64,000 bases of DNA from an uncultured Syntrophaceae bacterium (GCA_964394725.1 CAYMYS010000002.1:4497-68496), one strand, 5' to 3'; positions 41,351 to 51,160 are shown, counted from the stretch's first letter. The notes: generated by a model not told the origin, from the sequence alone. Made by a program: numbers and translations.

Positions 41351-42013
41351 ATGGCGGAGGTGACTAAACGTCTACTGGCCATATATCAGAAGTTGAATGA
41401 ACATTTCGGCGGTCTGAACTGGTGGCCGGGAGAGACGCCCTTCGAAGTAGCTGTTGGGGCCATACTGACACAGAATACCAACTGGAAGAACGTGGAGCAG
41501 GCAATCGCGCAGTTGAAAGGGGCGGGTCTGCTTACGGCGGAACGCCTTTTTCATGAAAAGGCAGAGGTGGTAGCGGAACTGATTAGGCCTTCGGGCTATT
41601 ACAACATAAAGACAAAACGGTTAAAATCGTTCCTGAAATTTCTCTATGATGAATATAATGGCAGTATGGAAGAGATGTTTCGTGAGGAACTGTGGTCACT
41701 ACGGGAAAGATTATTGGGTGTACAGGGCATAGGCGAGGAAACAGCGGATAGCATACTGCTTTACGCCGGCAATAAGGCAATATTCGTTGTCGACGCATAC
41801 ACGCGACGGATTCTGGAGAGGGCGCGACTCATAGACAACAACACGACTTATGGTCATATCCAAAGAATGTTCATGGAAAATTTACCTAGGGACGGAAAAT
41901 TGTATAACCAATATCATGCACTCCTGGTACATACGGGAAAACATTACTGCAAAAAAGTGCCAAAATGCCATAAATGTCCATTGAGGCCTTGCAATGACAA
42001 CGAAATTCCATGA
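41351..42013 (+). CDS. Endonuclease III-like HhH-GPD protein with a C-terminal Fe-S cysteine cluster
   Basis: AILTQNTNW, HhH (GIGEETADSILLY) and C-x6-C-x2-C-x5-C (CKKVPKCHKCPLRPC). Confidence 0.8.
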   Translation: MAEVTKRLLAIYQKLNEHFGGLNWWPGETPFEVAVGAILTQNTNWKNVEQAIAQLKGAGLLTAERLFHEKAEVVAELIRPSGYYNIKTKRLKSFLKFLYDEYNGSMEEMFREELWSLRERLLGVQGIGEETADSILLYAGNKAIFVVDAYTRRILERARLIDNNTTYGHIQRMFMENLPRDGKLYNQYHALLVHTGKHYCKKVPKCHKCPLRPCNDNEIP

Positions 42014-43064
42014 TTACAGAGGTGTCATACACCTTCATTCAATCAATTCTTATGACGGAACGACCCCTGTAAAGGAAATCTTGGAGGCGGCGGACAAAAA
42101 CGAAATCGATTTTGTCATGCTCACCGATCACTCTAACCTTGAAGCAAAGACGATGGAAGGATGGCAGGCGAGGGTTCTTTTCATAGTGGGACAGGAAATA
42201 TCACCCCGATTTAATCACTATATAGCCTTTGGTTGTAACAATCCTATTGTAGTGGGCGAGGAGAGCGACGAGAAACCGCAGGCATACATTGATGAAGTAG
42301 TACGACAAGGAGGCATCGGTTTTATTGCTCATCCAGATCACGGCGGGACAAAAATGTTTCACGTGAAACATTATCCCTGGACGGAGTGGCAGGTTTCCGG
42401 CTATGTCGGGATGGGGATATGGGATTTTATGACTGACTGGCAGTCTTCGCTGGACAGGGTCCCCGGCGCTGTTTTGAATTACTTGTTTCCCGCCTATGTC
42501 TTGCGCGGCCCGCGGAAGAAGACACTGAAGCGATGGGATGAACTGAATCGGGGACGGAAGATAGTCGGTATAGGTGAACTGGACAATCACAATACACTGT
42601 ATAAAATCATGGGAAGGCAATTACATATCTTTCCCTTCGAGAAGGCATTCAAGTTGATAGGGACACATATTCTGACGGAAGAGCCCCTTGAGAGCAATAA
42701 TAATGCTGCTATAAACACAGTCCTTCAAGCACTGCGCATGGGACGAGCCTATGTTTCTCTTGAATATTTTCGTACGGCACGGGGGTTCTCCTTTGTTGTT
42801 TCCGATGAGGGGAATAGTGCCATCATGGGAGATGATTTTGTATTACGGAAAGAGGCGGTCCTTCGTGTCACGGCACCTGGTCGGTCCGTGATACGTATTA
42901 TCAAGGATGGTCGGACCTTCCATTCTGGAACGGGGTGTGAGTTGTACATGGGCATATCGGAGGTCGGTATCTACCGAGCAGAAGTATATCTGAAAACGTG
43001 GAGGAAATCACGCCCATGGATATTTTCAAATCCCATTTATGTCAGGTCTGAAGAAGGATTTTGA
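41994..43064 (+). CDS. PHP-domain metal-dependent phosphoesterase
   Basis: An N-terminal HLHSINSYDG...LTDHSN...AHPDH His-rich PHP pattern. It overlaps the preceding gene by 20 nt. Confidence 0.7.
   Translation: MTTKFHDYRGVIHLHSINSYDGTTPVKEILEAADKNEIDFVMLTDHSNLEAKTMEGWQARVLFIVGQEISPRFNHYIAFGCNNPIVVGEESDEKPQAYIDEVVRQGGIGFIAHPDHGGTKMFHVKHYPWTEWQVSGYVGMGIWDFMTDWQSSLDRVPGAVLNYLFPAYVLRGPRKKTLKRWDELNRGRKIVGIGELDNHNTLYKIMGRQLHIFPFEKAFKLIGTHILTEEPLESNNNAAINTVLQALRMGRAYVSLEYFRTARGFSFVVSDEGNSAIMGDDFVLRKEAVLRVTAPGRSVIRIIKDGRTFHSGTGCELYMGISEVGIYRAEVYLKTWRKSRPWIFSNPIYVRSEEGF
42355..42370. other. parS centromere-like site (perfect 16-bp palindrome TGTTTCACGTGAAACA)
   Basis: An exact match to the chromosomal ParB/Spo0J parS consensus tGTTnCACGTGAAACa, located inside the PHP-domain CDS. 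parAB is 24 kb away in the same window. Confidence 0.75.
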
Positions 43065-43070
43065 TAATAT

Positions 43071-43469
43071 CTAAATAAGTGTGATCACTACTTCTCGTCT
43101 GTCTCTCGGACCATCGAACTCGCAGAAGAAGATGTTTTGCCAGGTACTGAGTAACAGTGTTCCCCCCTCTATCGGTACTATTTCCGAGGGTCCGATGATT
43201 CCTGCCTTGATATGCGAATCTCCGTTGCCATCTATCCTGTCATGGAGCCATTTGTCCTTTGGCACCATACACTTAAGGCAGGTGATAACGTCGGTTTGAA
43301 TGTTGGGATCCCAGTTTTCCTGTATCATGATAGCCGCTGTTGCCCCCATGGCATAGATTGCACAGAGTTGGTGTTCGCGACCATGCCGGGAGACGATTTC
43401 CCGGACCTGCTCGGTTATATCGATCAATTGTTCCCTGGAGCCTGTTTTGAATGTTATAGAAGTCTTCAT
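43071..43469 (-). CDS. yjbQ: YjbQ/UPF0047 family protein (secondary thiamine-phosphate synthase type)
   Basis: A 132-aa protein. ITEQV..., ATAAIMIQENWDP..., NGDSHIKA and FCEFDGPR match the UPF0047 pattern. Confidence 0.8.
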   Translation of the reverse strand: MKTSITFKTGSREQLIDITEQVREIVSRHGREHQLCAIYAMGATAAIMIQENWDPNIQTDVITCLKCMVPKDKWLHDRIDGNGDSHIKAGIIGPSEIVPIEGGTLLLSTWQNIFFCEFDGPRDRREVVITLI

Positions 43470-43482
43470 AGGTCTTTTATGT

Positions 43483-44508
43483 TCAGGCGGTTTCGATGAA
43501 TCCTATTTCTCGGGCATATTCGAATTGTCTCTTCCATGGAACCTTCGGGTGGACTGCATTGAAAATCTCGTCTCCGACGGTTCGCATCGATTCACGATCT
43601 ACCGTTACCGGATGATAGCCCCCGATCATTCCGAGGTCCGGAGCGATTACGGGGTTATGCCCCGTCATGCAATCGCATTCTCGCGTAATTCCTATAAGGG
43701 CATTCACGACGAGCGAATTGTCAGAGATAATATTCCATACTGCTGCGGCAGACTCAACAAGCTTTTCCTGAAATACTGTTTCACTCGTTGACCAAAAGAT
43801 TTTTAAGGCAATTTCGGGGCACATGGCAATACACTGGGCGCATCCGATGCAAGTATCCAGATCGTATTCCGGGTATTCTCCGTCTGCCATCGTAGCCGCC
43901 CCGACGGGGCACACATCGGCACAGGTCCCACATTTGATGCATTTGTCCGGGTTTAAGATGGGATAGGCATCGGCATGGATTCGCTGTTTTTGGGCCCGAG
44001 AGGCAAATCCCATGGAAACATTCTTTATTGCTCCTCCGAATCCCGACTCCAGGTGCCCCTTAAAGTGTGAAAAGATGAAGAATCCATCTATCTCTTTTGC
44101 GATGGCTGCCACTTCGACCATATCGAAATGGCTGAAGTGGGCGTCTATTTCCAGAACATTACGACTGTTTTCACCATCACCCATTATGACGGGGCAACCC
44201 AGATAATCTTCCGTAAAACCATGTTCCACCGCCGTTTCTAGGGATGCCTTCCCCGTCCGGCGTCCTCCGGAATAGAGAACGCTCGTATCGAAGATGAGTG
44301 GCGTCGTCTCTTTGTTTTTCAGCCACCGGACAATCTCCCTGGCATAAACGGGCGGGAGGAAACTTTCGTTTTCCCTTTCACCCCAGTGGAGCTTCACACC
44401 AATTGTATCTCCGTGTTTATAGGGAACTACGAGGTCATCAAGGAGAGCTTTGAGTGATGCAACGTGGTCTTCGTTATTATTTGATTTGTGGAATATTGTC
44501 CTTTTCAT
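43483..44508 (-). CDS. DUF362 domain protein with inserted 2x[4Fe-4S] ferredoxin motif
   Basis: A DUF362-like core plus CIKCGTCADVCP and CIGCAQCIAMCP. The start is set at MKRTIF, whose ATG overlaps the upstream stop (ATGA at 44505-44508). Confidence 0.75.
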   Translation of the reverse strand: MKRTIFHKSNNNEDHVASLKALLDDLVVPYKHGDTIGVKLHWGERENESFLPPVYAREIVRWLKNKETTPLIFDTSVLYSGGRRTGKASLETAVEHGFTEDYLGCPVIMGDGENSRNVLEIDAHFSHFDMVEVAAIAKEIDGFFIFSHFKGHLESGFGGAIKNVSMGFASRAQKQRIHADAYPILNPDKCIKCGTCADVCPVGAATMADGEYPEYDLDTCIGCAQCIAMCPEIALKIFWSTSETVFQEKLVESAAAVWNIISDNSLVVNALIGITRECDCMTGHNPVIAPDLGMIGGYHPVTVDRESMRTVGDEIFNAVHPKVPWKRQFEYAREIGFIETA

Positions 44509-44927
44509 GGAGTGCTCTTCAGCGTGTTCTGTGCCAGAGGATAAAACTGCTCTGGTGATTTTCCAATAGATAAACGTTCGAAGGGACACATGCCCGTTCC
44601 CTGACGGTTTATAATCTGCGGCACTACTATTTGAAAGTTCCAGCGAACGCCGAATTCATCAAGTGTTTTGACTGCATGGTCACTTGCCAGTGGGGCATGC
44701 ACCTCTCCACACCCGGCAAGCTTCATGAGCAGTGCCGCTGCATTACCAACTACGCGGTCAAAGATGATTATTTCATCTCCACCAGAAACACCGAAGAGAT
44801 CGAGATATTCCACCAGTGGCGCTATTCCCTTTTTCCGGGACTGAAATATCCTTTCGCAGTCCCGCAAGAACCGGACGGTGTCTACACTCTTCAGGAAGGA
44901 TTCGAAGAGGGCATTAGGGGGTATCAT
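44505..44927 (-). CDS. DUF1893-like small protein
   Basis: A 140-aa protein. IIIFDRVVGNAAALLM...CPFE resembles DUF1893 family members as I recall them. It is translationally coupled on both sides. Confidence 0.55.
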   Translation of the reverse strand: MIPPNALFESFLKSVDTVRFLRDCERIFQSRKKGIAPLVEYLDLFGVSGGDEIIIFDRVVGNAAALLMKLAGCGEVHAPLASDHAVKTLDEFGVRWNFQIVVPQIINRQGTGMCPFERLSIGKSPEQFYPLAQNTLKSTP

Positions 44928-45474
44928 CAGTGTTTCTTATTCGCGTAATAATCCTTTCCACGATTACCGCTATCAATGGAAGCAGCGCCAGCTGAACCAA
45001 GATCCCAGGCCACCCGATTTTTACGGCCTTCCAGACCATAGCAGCGGGGTTTATGGATCCTGCGTATATTACAAACATAACCAGTATCGTGGCGATACGT
45101 CCAAAAACGACGGCCCCCACCGTTGCCCAGAAGACACTGTGTCCCAGTTTCTCGTAGAGCAATCCCGCTGCCAGACCGTACATGATACCTTCGATGAGAA
45201 CGCGTGGCAGGATTGCCGGTACGGGCATTCCGGACATACTGTAGCTGACCAGGGGTGTCAGTATGCCTACCAGTATTCCGGCCCTCCATCCGAAGAGTAG
45301 GCCCGCCATGAGGATAAAGAAAAACATGGGAAGGAATGTTGGTCCCGCCAGGGGATGGATGGTATGCAGTAACCATGGTATCGCTACGTCGAGAGCCACA
45401 AAAACGGCCACGATGGCATACAGTTTCATACTGGTAAACTTAAGCTCGTAGGTTGCTGATATTTGTGTATTCAT
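44914..45474 (-). CDS. ECF-transporter S-component-like membrane protein (BioY/ThiW-like topology)
   Basis: Five or six TM helices with a small Gly-rich helix pattern (LMAGLLFGWRAGILVG). The start is set at MNTQIS (AGAGGT 8 nt upstream). No EcfA/T genes are adjacent. Confidence 0.55.
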   Translation of the reverse strand: MNTQISATYELKFTSMKLYAIVAVFVALDVAIPWLLHTIHPLAGPTFLPMFFFILMAGLLFGWRAGILVGILTPLVSYSMSGMPVPAILPRVLIEGIMYGLAAGLLYEKLGHSVFWATVGAVVFGRIATILVMFVIYAGSINPAAMVWKAVKIGWPGILVQLALLPLIAVIVERIITRIRNTDDTP

Positions 45475-45689
45475 TATTTTTACCTCTCTATACATTTAGT
45501 TGAAACCCGTTACTTGGAAGACTAAAGGAAAATGAAAAACGAGTCAAGATGAAAAAGAGTTCTCTTATAATAAAGTTGTCCATATCATTGCTATTCGCTC
45601 CGTTGGCAAGAGGCTGAATCACTGACACCACGTATACAAGTTAACAATGGCGGAGAATGTATCCGGAAACTGACTCCACTGTCTTATGT

Positions 45690-47666
45690 TTACTCTGCCA
45701 TGTCGTGTTTGATTCCCTCTATTTCCTCCTCTATTTCTTCCTCTATTTCTTCCCATTGACTATACAGTTGCTCCAAATGTGCAGTAATGCCGGCATATTC
45801 TATATTGAGTTTCTGAACCGCTCCATCATTTTCATAGGTCTTTTGATCTGTGAAGGCCGCTTCTCGTTGTGTCTTTTGCTGCTCGGCCTTATCGATGTCC
45901 TTTTCGATCTTTTTCTTAGCTTGATGCAGTGGTTTTATGCGCCGGTACAACTCCTGCCTCAGTTGTGCCTCTCTCTTTTTCCGGTACCTCTCACTGGATG
46001 CAAGTGGTTTATCCGCTTCTGTCTCCTTTTCCCGGCTTCTTTCTTCTTTTTCCCTGTGGGACTTTTCCAGGAATTCATCGACACTGCCGGGATAAATTTC
46101 CAGATTTCCCTTTCTCAAGAAGAAGACTTTGTCCGTTATGGGCGATAGAAAATCCCTGTCATGAGATATAATAATACATGATCCGGTATATTCTTGGATG
46201 CTTTCCTGCAGAATCGTCTTTGACCGTATGTCGAGATGGTTTGTCGGTTCGTCAAGTATGAGAAGATTGGCGGGATTTAACAGCATCTTGGCAAGGGCGA
46301 GTCTGCTTTTTTCTCCGCCCGAGAGTATCTTCACCGGTTTGAAGACATCGTCATCGGTAAAAAGGAAGCATCCAAGGAGCGTCCTCAGTCGTTCCGGCGC
46401 CTCCTTCGGTGCCATAGCGTCCAGTGTATTTAAAACATCTTTGTTGTTATCCAACTCGTCAGCCGTATTCTGAGAATAATATGATGTAACTACATTATGA
46501 CCCGGTTTTCTCATGCCCTCCTGAAATGGTTCGATATCAGCGATTATCCGCGCCAATGTCGATTTACCGGAACCATTGACTCCCAGAATTGCGATTTTAT
46601 CATCTCTTTCTATGTGGAGAGAGATATCCCTGAATACGGTATTATCGCCATATGATTTTGTTATACCCTCCAGTTCCATAACGATTCTCCCCGCATGAGG
46701 CGGTTCGGGAAAGTGGAAAGCTATTCCCTTTTCATCCTTTTCAATCTCTATTTTTTCCAATTTGTCGAGCATCTTAACTCGGCTCTGTACCTGCGTTGCC
46801 TTCGTATTTTTGGATCTGAATCGCTCAATAAATTTTGTTGTCTTCTTTATAAACTTCTGTTGATTTGCATAGGTAGATTTCAACAAATTGCTATTCTGCT
46901 CTTTTTGCGTGATGTAGGAAGCGTAATTTCCCGTATATTCCGTGGACTTTCCCATGGAGATTTCGACGATCCTGTCGACGATGTTATCAAGAAAACGGCT
47001 GTCATGGGAGACCAGAACAATTGATCCACTGTATGATTGCAGGTAATTTTCCAACCATTCGAGAGATTCTATATCCAGGTGGTTGGTAGGTTCATCCAGA
47101 AGAAGGACTGACGGTTCCTTGAGGAGCAATTTCGCCGTTGCCATTCTCATCTGCCAGCCCCCGCTGAATTCCTCCGTTCTCCGCAGCAAGTCCTCGTTGC
47201 CGAAGCCAAGACCGAAGAGGACCTGCTTAATCTTTGTATCCGTCATGTATCCCTTTTTGTGCTCTATCGTGTGCTGGGCCTGTTCCAGGTCCTGCATCAG
47301 TCTCTGCAGTTTTTGTGAGTCTTCCCGTTGTGCATCCTGGAGTGTAGAGATTTCATTTCCTATCTCTTCGATCCTGGTCTGAAGATTTATAATATCGGAA
47401 AATACAGTTTCCGTTTCTCCGTATAGCGTTTTACCCTTGTGGTAAATACTGTCCTGGGGCAAGTATCCCGTGGTATTGAGTTTTGACTTCGCGATATTTC
47501 CCGTGTCCGCCTCTTCGTTGCCCGTGATAATTTTCATCAGCGTTGACTTCCCCGCACCATTGGGGCCAACAAGAGCTATGCGATCTCCATCTCCGATATG
47601 AAGGGATACATCCCTGAAGAGGTATTTTCCACTGTATTGTTTCGATATGTTCTGTAATGAAATCAT
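45690..47666 (-). CDS. ABC-F family ATPase (two ABC cassettes, charged C-terminal coiled coil, no TM domain)
   Basis: Two Walker A motifs (GPNGAGKST, GVNGSGKST), two LSGG signatures (FSGGWQMR, LSGGEKSR), a linker, and a Lys/Glu-rich tail. Confidence 0.92.
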   Translation of the reverse strand: MISLQNISKQYSGKYLFRDVSLHIGDGDRIALVGPNGAGKSTLMKIITGNEEADTGNIAKSKLNTTGYLPQDSIYHKGKTLYGETETVFSDIINLQTRIEEIGNEISTLQDAQREDSQKLQRLMQDLEQAQHTIEHKKGYMTDTKIKQVLFGLGFGNEDLLRRTEEFSGGWQMRMATAKLLLKEPSVLLLDEPTNHLDIESLEWLENYLQSYSGSIVLVSHDSRFLDNIVDRIVEISMGKSTEYTGNYASYITQKEQNSNLLKSTYANQQKFIKKTTKFIERFRSKNTKATQVQSRVKMLDKLEKIEIEKDEKGIAFHFPEPPHAGRIVMELEGITKSYGDNTVFRDISLHIERDDKIAILGVNGSGKSTLARIIADIEPFQEGMRKPGHNVVTSYYSQNTADELDNNKDVLNTLDAMAPKEAPERLRTLLGCFLFTDDDVFKPVKILSGGEKSRLALAKMLLNPANLLILDEPTNHLDIRSKTILQESIQEYTGSCIIISHDRDFLSPITDKVFFLRKGNLEIYPGSVDEFLEKSHREKEERSREKETEADKPLASSERYRKKREAQLRQELYRRIKPLHQAKKKIEKDIDKAEQQKTQREAAFTDQKTYENDGAVQKLNIEYAGITAHLEQLYSQWEEIEEEIEEEIEGIKHDMAE

Positions 47667-48790
47667 TGTGTCCTGTGAATGTATCTCCTTATCAGTTTAC
47701 CGATCAGCGTCTCACTGGTATCGAGTGCCCCCTGTGGACAAACTTCGATGCAGCAGTAGCATCTGATGCAGCTGTTATAGTCGAATTTCAATTTCCCTCT
47801 CATGATGTCGATAGCCCCTGCGGGACAATATTGAAGACACTTTCCGCATAACGTACAACGCGCCCCATCGGCAATGGGTCTCTGGATGAGAAATTTTCTC
47901 ACGATTCCCTGGAGATATCGGGGACCATATATGAGGGGCGTAATTTTGGGCAGTTTGAAGTTTCTGATGTGTGGCACTTCACCCATTACCTCTATGCTGT
48001 CGGGGAAAAGCCCCATACCTCGCGCCACACTGTTTGTCAAGAGACTGTCAGACGCCATCTCAAGCGCCCTGCAGATCGTTGCATCTACCGCTACCGCGTC
48101 AGTGCCCGCAATAATATGTCCCACATATCGTGGTTTTCCTCTCTTCCCCGGGCCCGCCCCATCCATTGCCAGTATCCCGTCTACAATCGTTATAGAGGGA
48201 TTGACGGCCCTGTAGATCTGAACCAGCAGTTTTGCAAAGGTCTCCCTGTCAATGCCTGCCCGCATATGCCATTCGGGCTTCCTGAAGCCGACGATACATC
48301 CGAAGATGTTTTTTACTCCCAAAGTGAGGAGCATCTGACTGTGAGTCTTGAGCTTGGCGAGATTGATAAGAACGTCCGCCTTCATTGCCTCTTCGGCTAT
48401 TTCAATTGTTCCAAAGGGCTCACCAATATCTACATTCGCAGATTTCGTAAATGGCTTTATATCACAATTAAGACCTTCCAGTGCCTCTCCGATTCCGCTC
48501 AGCTTGAGAATCCGGTCGAAGGATCCAATGGCCTGACTGTCGGAAATCTGGACCTGCGCCCCTCTATCGAGGGCATACTCGGCAACTATCTTTACAACCA
48601 ACGGGTGGGTGCAAATTGCCATCTCCGGTGTTGCAGGTGCAAGGAGATTAGGCTTTATTACGACATGGCTGCCCCTTTGGATGCCTTTTCCTCCGAGAGA
48701 ATCAAGGATTACAAAGAGGTTTTCCTTGAGAATCTGATAGTCATATGAAGACTTTTTAACGATAACTGTGGACATAACTTCTTTTTTCAT
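47663..48790 (-). CDS. DUF362 domain protein with C-terminal 2x[4Fe-4S] motif (paralogue of 43483-44508)
   Basis: A DUF362-like core plus CTLCGKCLQYCP and CIRCYCCIEVCP. Its stop overlaps the ABC-F start by 4 nt. The start is uncertain (48790 or 48775; the track gives 48862). Confidence 0.7.
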   Translation of the reverse strand: MKKEVMSTVIVKKSSYDYQILKENLFVILDSLGGKGIQRGSHVVIKPNLLAPATPEMAICTHPLVVKIVAEYALDRGAQVQISDSQAIGSFDRILKLSGIGEALEGLNCDIKPFTKSANVDIGEPFGTIEIAEEAMKADVLINLAKLKTHSQMLLTLGVKNIFGCIVGFRKPEWHMRAGIDRETFAKLLVQIYRAVNPSITIVDGILAMDGAGPGKRGKPRYVGHIIAGTDAVAVDATICRALEMASDSLLTNSVARGMGLFPDSIEVMGEVPHIRNFKLPKITPLIYGPRYLQGIVRKFLIQRPIADGARCTLCGKCLQYCPAGAIDIMRGKLKFDYNSCIRCYCCIEVCPQGALDTSETLIGKLIRRYIHRTQ

Positions 48791-48940
48791 CCTTGTGAAG
48801 GCATTCCGTGCACGATAAAGGCGGCCTAATCGCATTATGCCGGGACAATCCATCCCCGACACTACTGTCCATGCTGAAAAGGCTGCATTCCCTCGGTGTT
48901 TAATAGATTATGTCTGTAATGCGATGATAATGGTGCCTTG

Positions 48941-49750
48941 CTATTCGGGAACAGGGGCCCTGGTTGAGCGAATATTCCCTTCTCTTTCCATCATAATTCT
49001 ACTGGCCTCTTCCAGATCAGCCCTGGTGTTTATACCCATGGCCTCGTGTGGATCACTCACAATCAAAGAGACGACTTTCGCCTTCCTGTTGCGGGCAATC
49101 TCAAAGATATCGGTCAGGTAGTATTCATTTTGCGCGTTGTCGTTATCAATGTGCTCCACCGCTTCGTAAAGGAATTTCGATTCAACGCAATATATACCTG
49201 TATTTATCTCCTGTATCTTCTTTTCATCATCCGTGGCATCTCGCTCTTCCACTATCTTCCTTACATTATCGTGACGATCTTTGACTACTCTGCCATATTT
49301 CGCCGGATCATCAAGAAGGGCGGTCAGTACTGTAATCGATGCTCCCGCCCCGATGTGGCTATCCATCATCGCATGTACCGTTGAAGGGAGAAGCAGTGGG
49401 ACATCTCCGCAGAGGATCAAGACATTACCCTCAAAATCCTTCAGTGCCTCTCCTGTTTGCTGAATCGCATGTCCAGTGCCCAGTTGTTGTTCCTGATGCA
49501 CAAATGTTATCTGTCCATCATCGACGGCCTGCCGTATCTGTTCCGCCTGGTGCCCCACAATTACGATTATCCTGTCCGATCCAATATCGCTAGCAAGTTC
49601 AAGGGGATAAGAAAGTATAGTTCTCTCTCCGATGCGATGAAGTACCTTCGCCATCGACGATTTCATTCGCGTGCCTTTACCTGCCGCCAATATGATTGTC
49701 GCCCATTTTTTCCTCACATTCGTCACTTCCTTCACTCCTTTGATGGTCAT
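48941..49750 (-). CDS. Sugar-1-phosphate nucleotidyltransferase, GlmU N-terminal-domain-like (no acetyltransferase LbH domain)
   Basis: ILAAGKGTRMKS...KVLH, QLGTGHA, LCGDVPL and YYLTD are GlmU uridyltransferase motifs. At 269 aa the protein is too short to contain the left-handed beta-helix. Confidence 0.75.
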   Translation of the reverse strand: MTIKGVKEVTNVRKKWATIILAAGKGTRMKSSMAKVLHRIGERTILSYPLELASDIGSDRIIVIVGHQAEQIRQAVDDGQITFVHQEQQLGTGHAIQQTGEALKDFEGNVLILCGDVPLLLPSTVHAMMDSHIGAGASITVLTALLDDPAKYGRVVKDRHDNVRKIVEERDATDDEKKIQEINTGIYCVESKFLYEAVEHIDNDNAQNEYYLTDIFEIARNRKAKVVSLIVSDPHEAMGINTRADLEEASRIMMEREGNIRSTRAPVPE

Positions 49751-49834
49751 CAGTTCTCTTAGGCCTCGTATTGCAATATCTCTGTAATATGGTTTAAATC
49801 ACTATGAATGTGGAGTGATTAGACTAACTGTCTG

Positions 49835-51160
49835 TTATTGTGGTATTTGTAACCTTTCGTTCCCCCGTTTTTGTTCAATATCGGAGTCGAGAACGATCAA
49901 GACCTCTTTGATGGATTTCATGTCCGATTCTTCAACGACAAATATTAATTTTCCATAACGAAAGGTTTCGTTTTTCTGGGGAACCTTACCAAATTGATAG
50001 AGCAAAAATCCTCCAATCGTTTCATAATCTCCAAAAGGGATCTCGCACTGGAGAACGTTGCGTGCGTAATCGATCCTGGCTTGTCCCCGAAAGATATATT
50101 TTCCCGGTCCTACTTTCCTGAAAAGCTCCTCACCCCGGGGCTGATATTCATCGTCGATTTCACCCACTATTTCCTCCAATATGTCTTCTATGGTTCCAAT
50201 ACCGGTGGCACCTCCATACTCATCTATCATCACGGCCATCTGTTCGCCCCGCTTTTGCAGTTCGATCAACAGTTCACCTGCAGGGATTGTTTCCGGGACA
50301 TAGAGAATATTCTTTCTGACATACTTTTCAATGGATCTATTTTTGTCTGGCGCTTCATCTTCCGAGTTTTTCTTGCCCAGCGCCTCTAACAGATCAAATG
50401 TATGGAGAATACCGATAATGTTGAAGATGTGGTCTCTGTAGACGGGTATTCGGGAATGGCCCGTTGCGGTGATAGCGGCGGCAGCCTCTTGCAGTTCTGT
50501 ATCTACGTGTAGGGCCAAGACATGCGAGATGGGTACCATAATGCGATCAGCCTTGTATTCGGAAAAATTAAATATTTTCTGGATCATCTCTTTTTCCGAT
50601 TTGAGGATATCGCTTTGTATTCCCCCGTCCTTCAATATGGATTCCAGACCGGCTTTCGTAATATATGAAGGGTAGAGGGACCCCTTTGTATCAGCAAGCA
50701 TGTGAATTGTGCCGCGTGATATCTTCGATAAAAAAAAGACTATTGGATACAATATCCAGGAAGCAACGAGGATGAACAATGCGATTTTCGGTGCTATAAA
50801 ATCTGCATAATGCTGGAAGATGCTTTTCGGTATCATCTCACCGATTATCAGGATCAGGGGTATCATAATTACGATGGCAATCAGTTCTCCCTGTTCGGGC
50901 CCGAATCGTGATATAAAAAATGCCGTTACCAGTGCCGTGTTGGTGATGGCGCATAGATTGGTTCCCGTCAGTGTTGTTGCGAGGAACCATTCCGGTTTAT
51001 CTAGTAACTTCAGTGTGATACGTGCCATTCGCGAGCCGTTTTCGGCCTTTTGTCTGATTTTGTTAGTATCGGATGAGATGAGCGCAATTTCTCCTCCCGA
51101 AAAAAGACCCTCCAGTAATAAAAAGATCAGCACAGGCATAACAGTCAGCGGATCAATCAT
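49835..51160 (-). CDS. CNNM/CorC-type hemolysin-family protein (DUF21 + CBS pair + CorC_HlyC)
   Basis: An N-terminal 4-TM DUF21 domain, a CBS pair (VMVPISHV..., RIPVY), and a C-terminal transporter-associated domain. Confidence 0.85.
   Translation of the reverse strand: MIDPLTVMPVLIFLLLEGLFSGGEIALISSDTNKIRQKAENGSRMARITLKLLDKPEWFLATTLTGTNLCAITNTALVTAFFISRFGPEQGELIAIVIMIPLILIIGEMIPKSIFQHYADFIAPKIALFILVASWILYPIVFFLSKISRGTIHMLADTKGSLYPSYITKAGLESILKDGGIQSDILKSEKEMIQKIFNFSEYKADRIMVPISHVLALHVDTELQEAAAAITATGHSRIPVYRDHIFNIIGILHTFDLLEALGKKNSEDEAPDKNRSIEKYVRKNILYVPETIPAGELLIELQKRGEQMAVMIDEYGGATGIGTIEDILEEIVGEIDDEYQPRGEELFRKVGPGKYIFRGQARIDYARNVLQCEIPFGDYETIGGFLLYQFGKVPQKNETFRYGKLIFVVEESDMKSIKEVLIVLDSDIEQKRGNERLQIPQ

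Noticed and set aside
45475-45689. I looked for a riboswitch (TPP, biotin-related, preQ1, cobalamin or FMN) in the leader of the ECF-S/DUF1893/DUF362/YjbQ operon.
   Set aside because: - Reading the minus-strand leader, I found none of the conserved cores: CUGAGA…ACCUGAUCUGGAUAAUGCCAGC for TPP, GCCACUG for B12, or the FMN and preQ1 cores.
- Only an Rfam scan could settle this.
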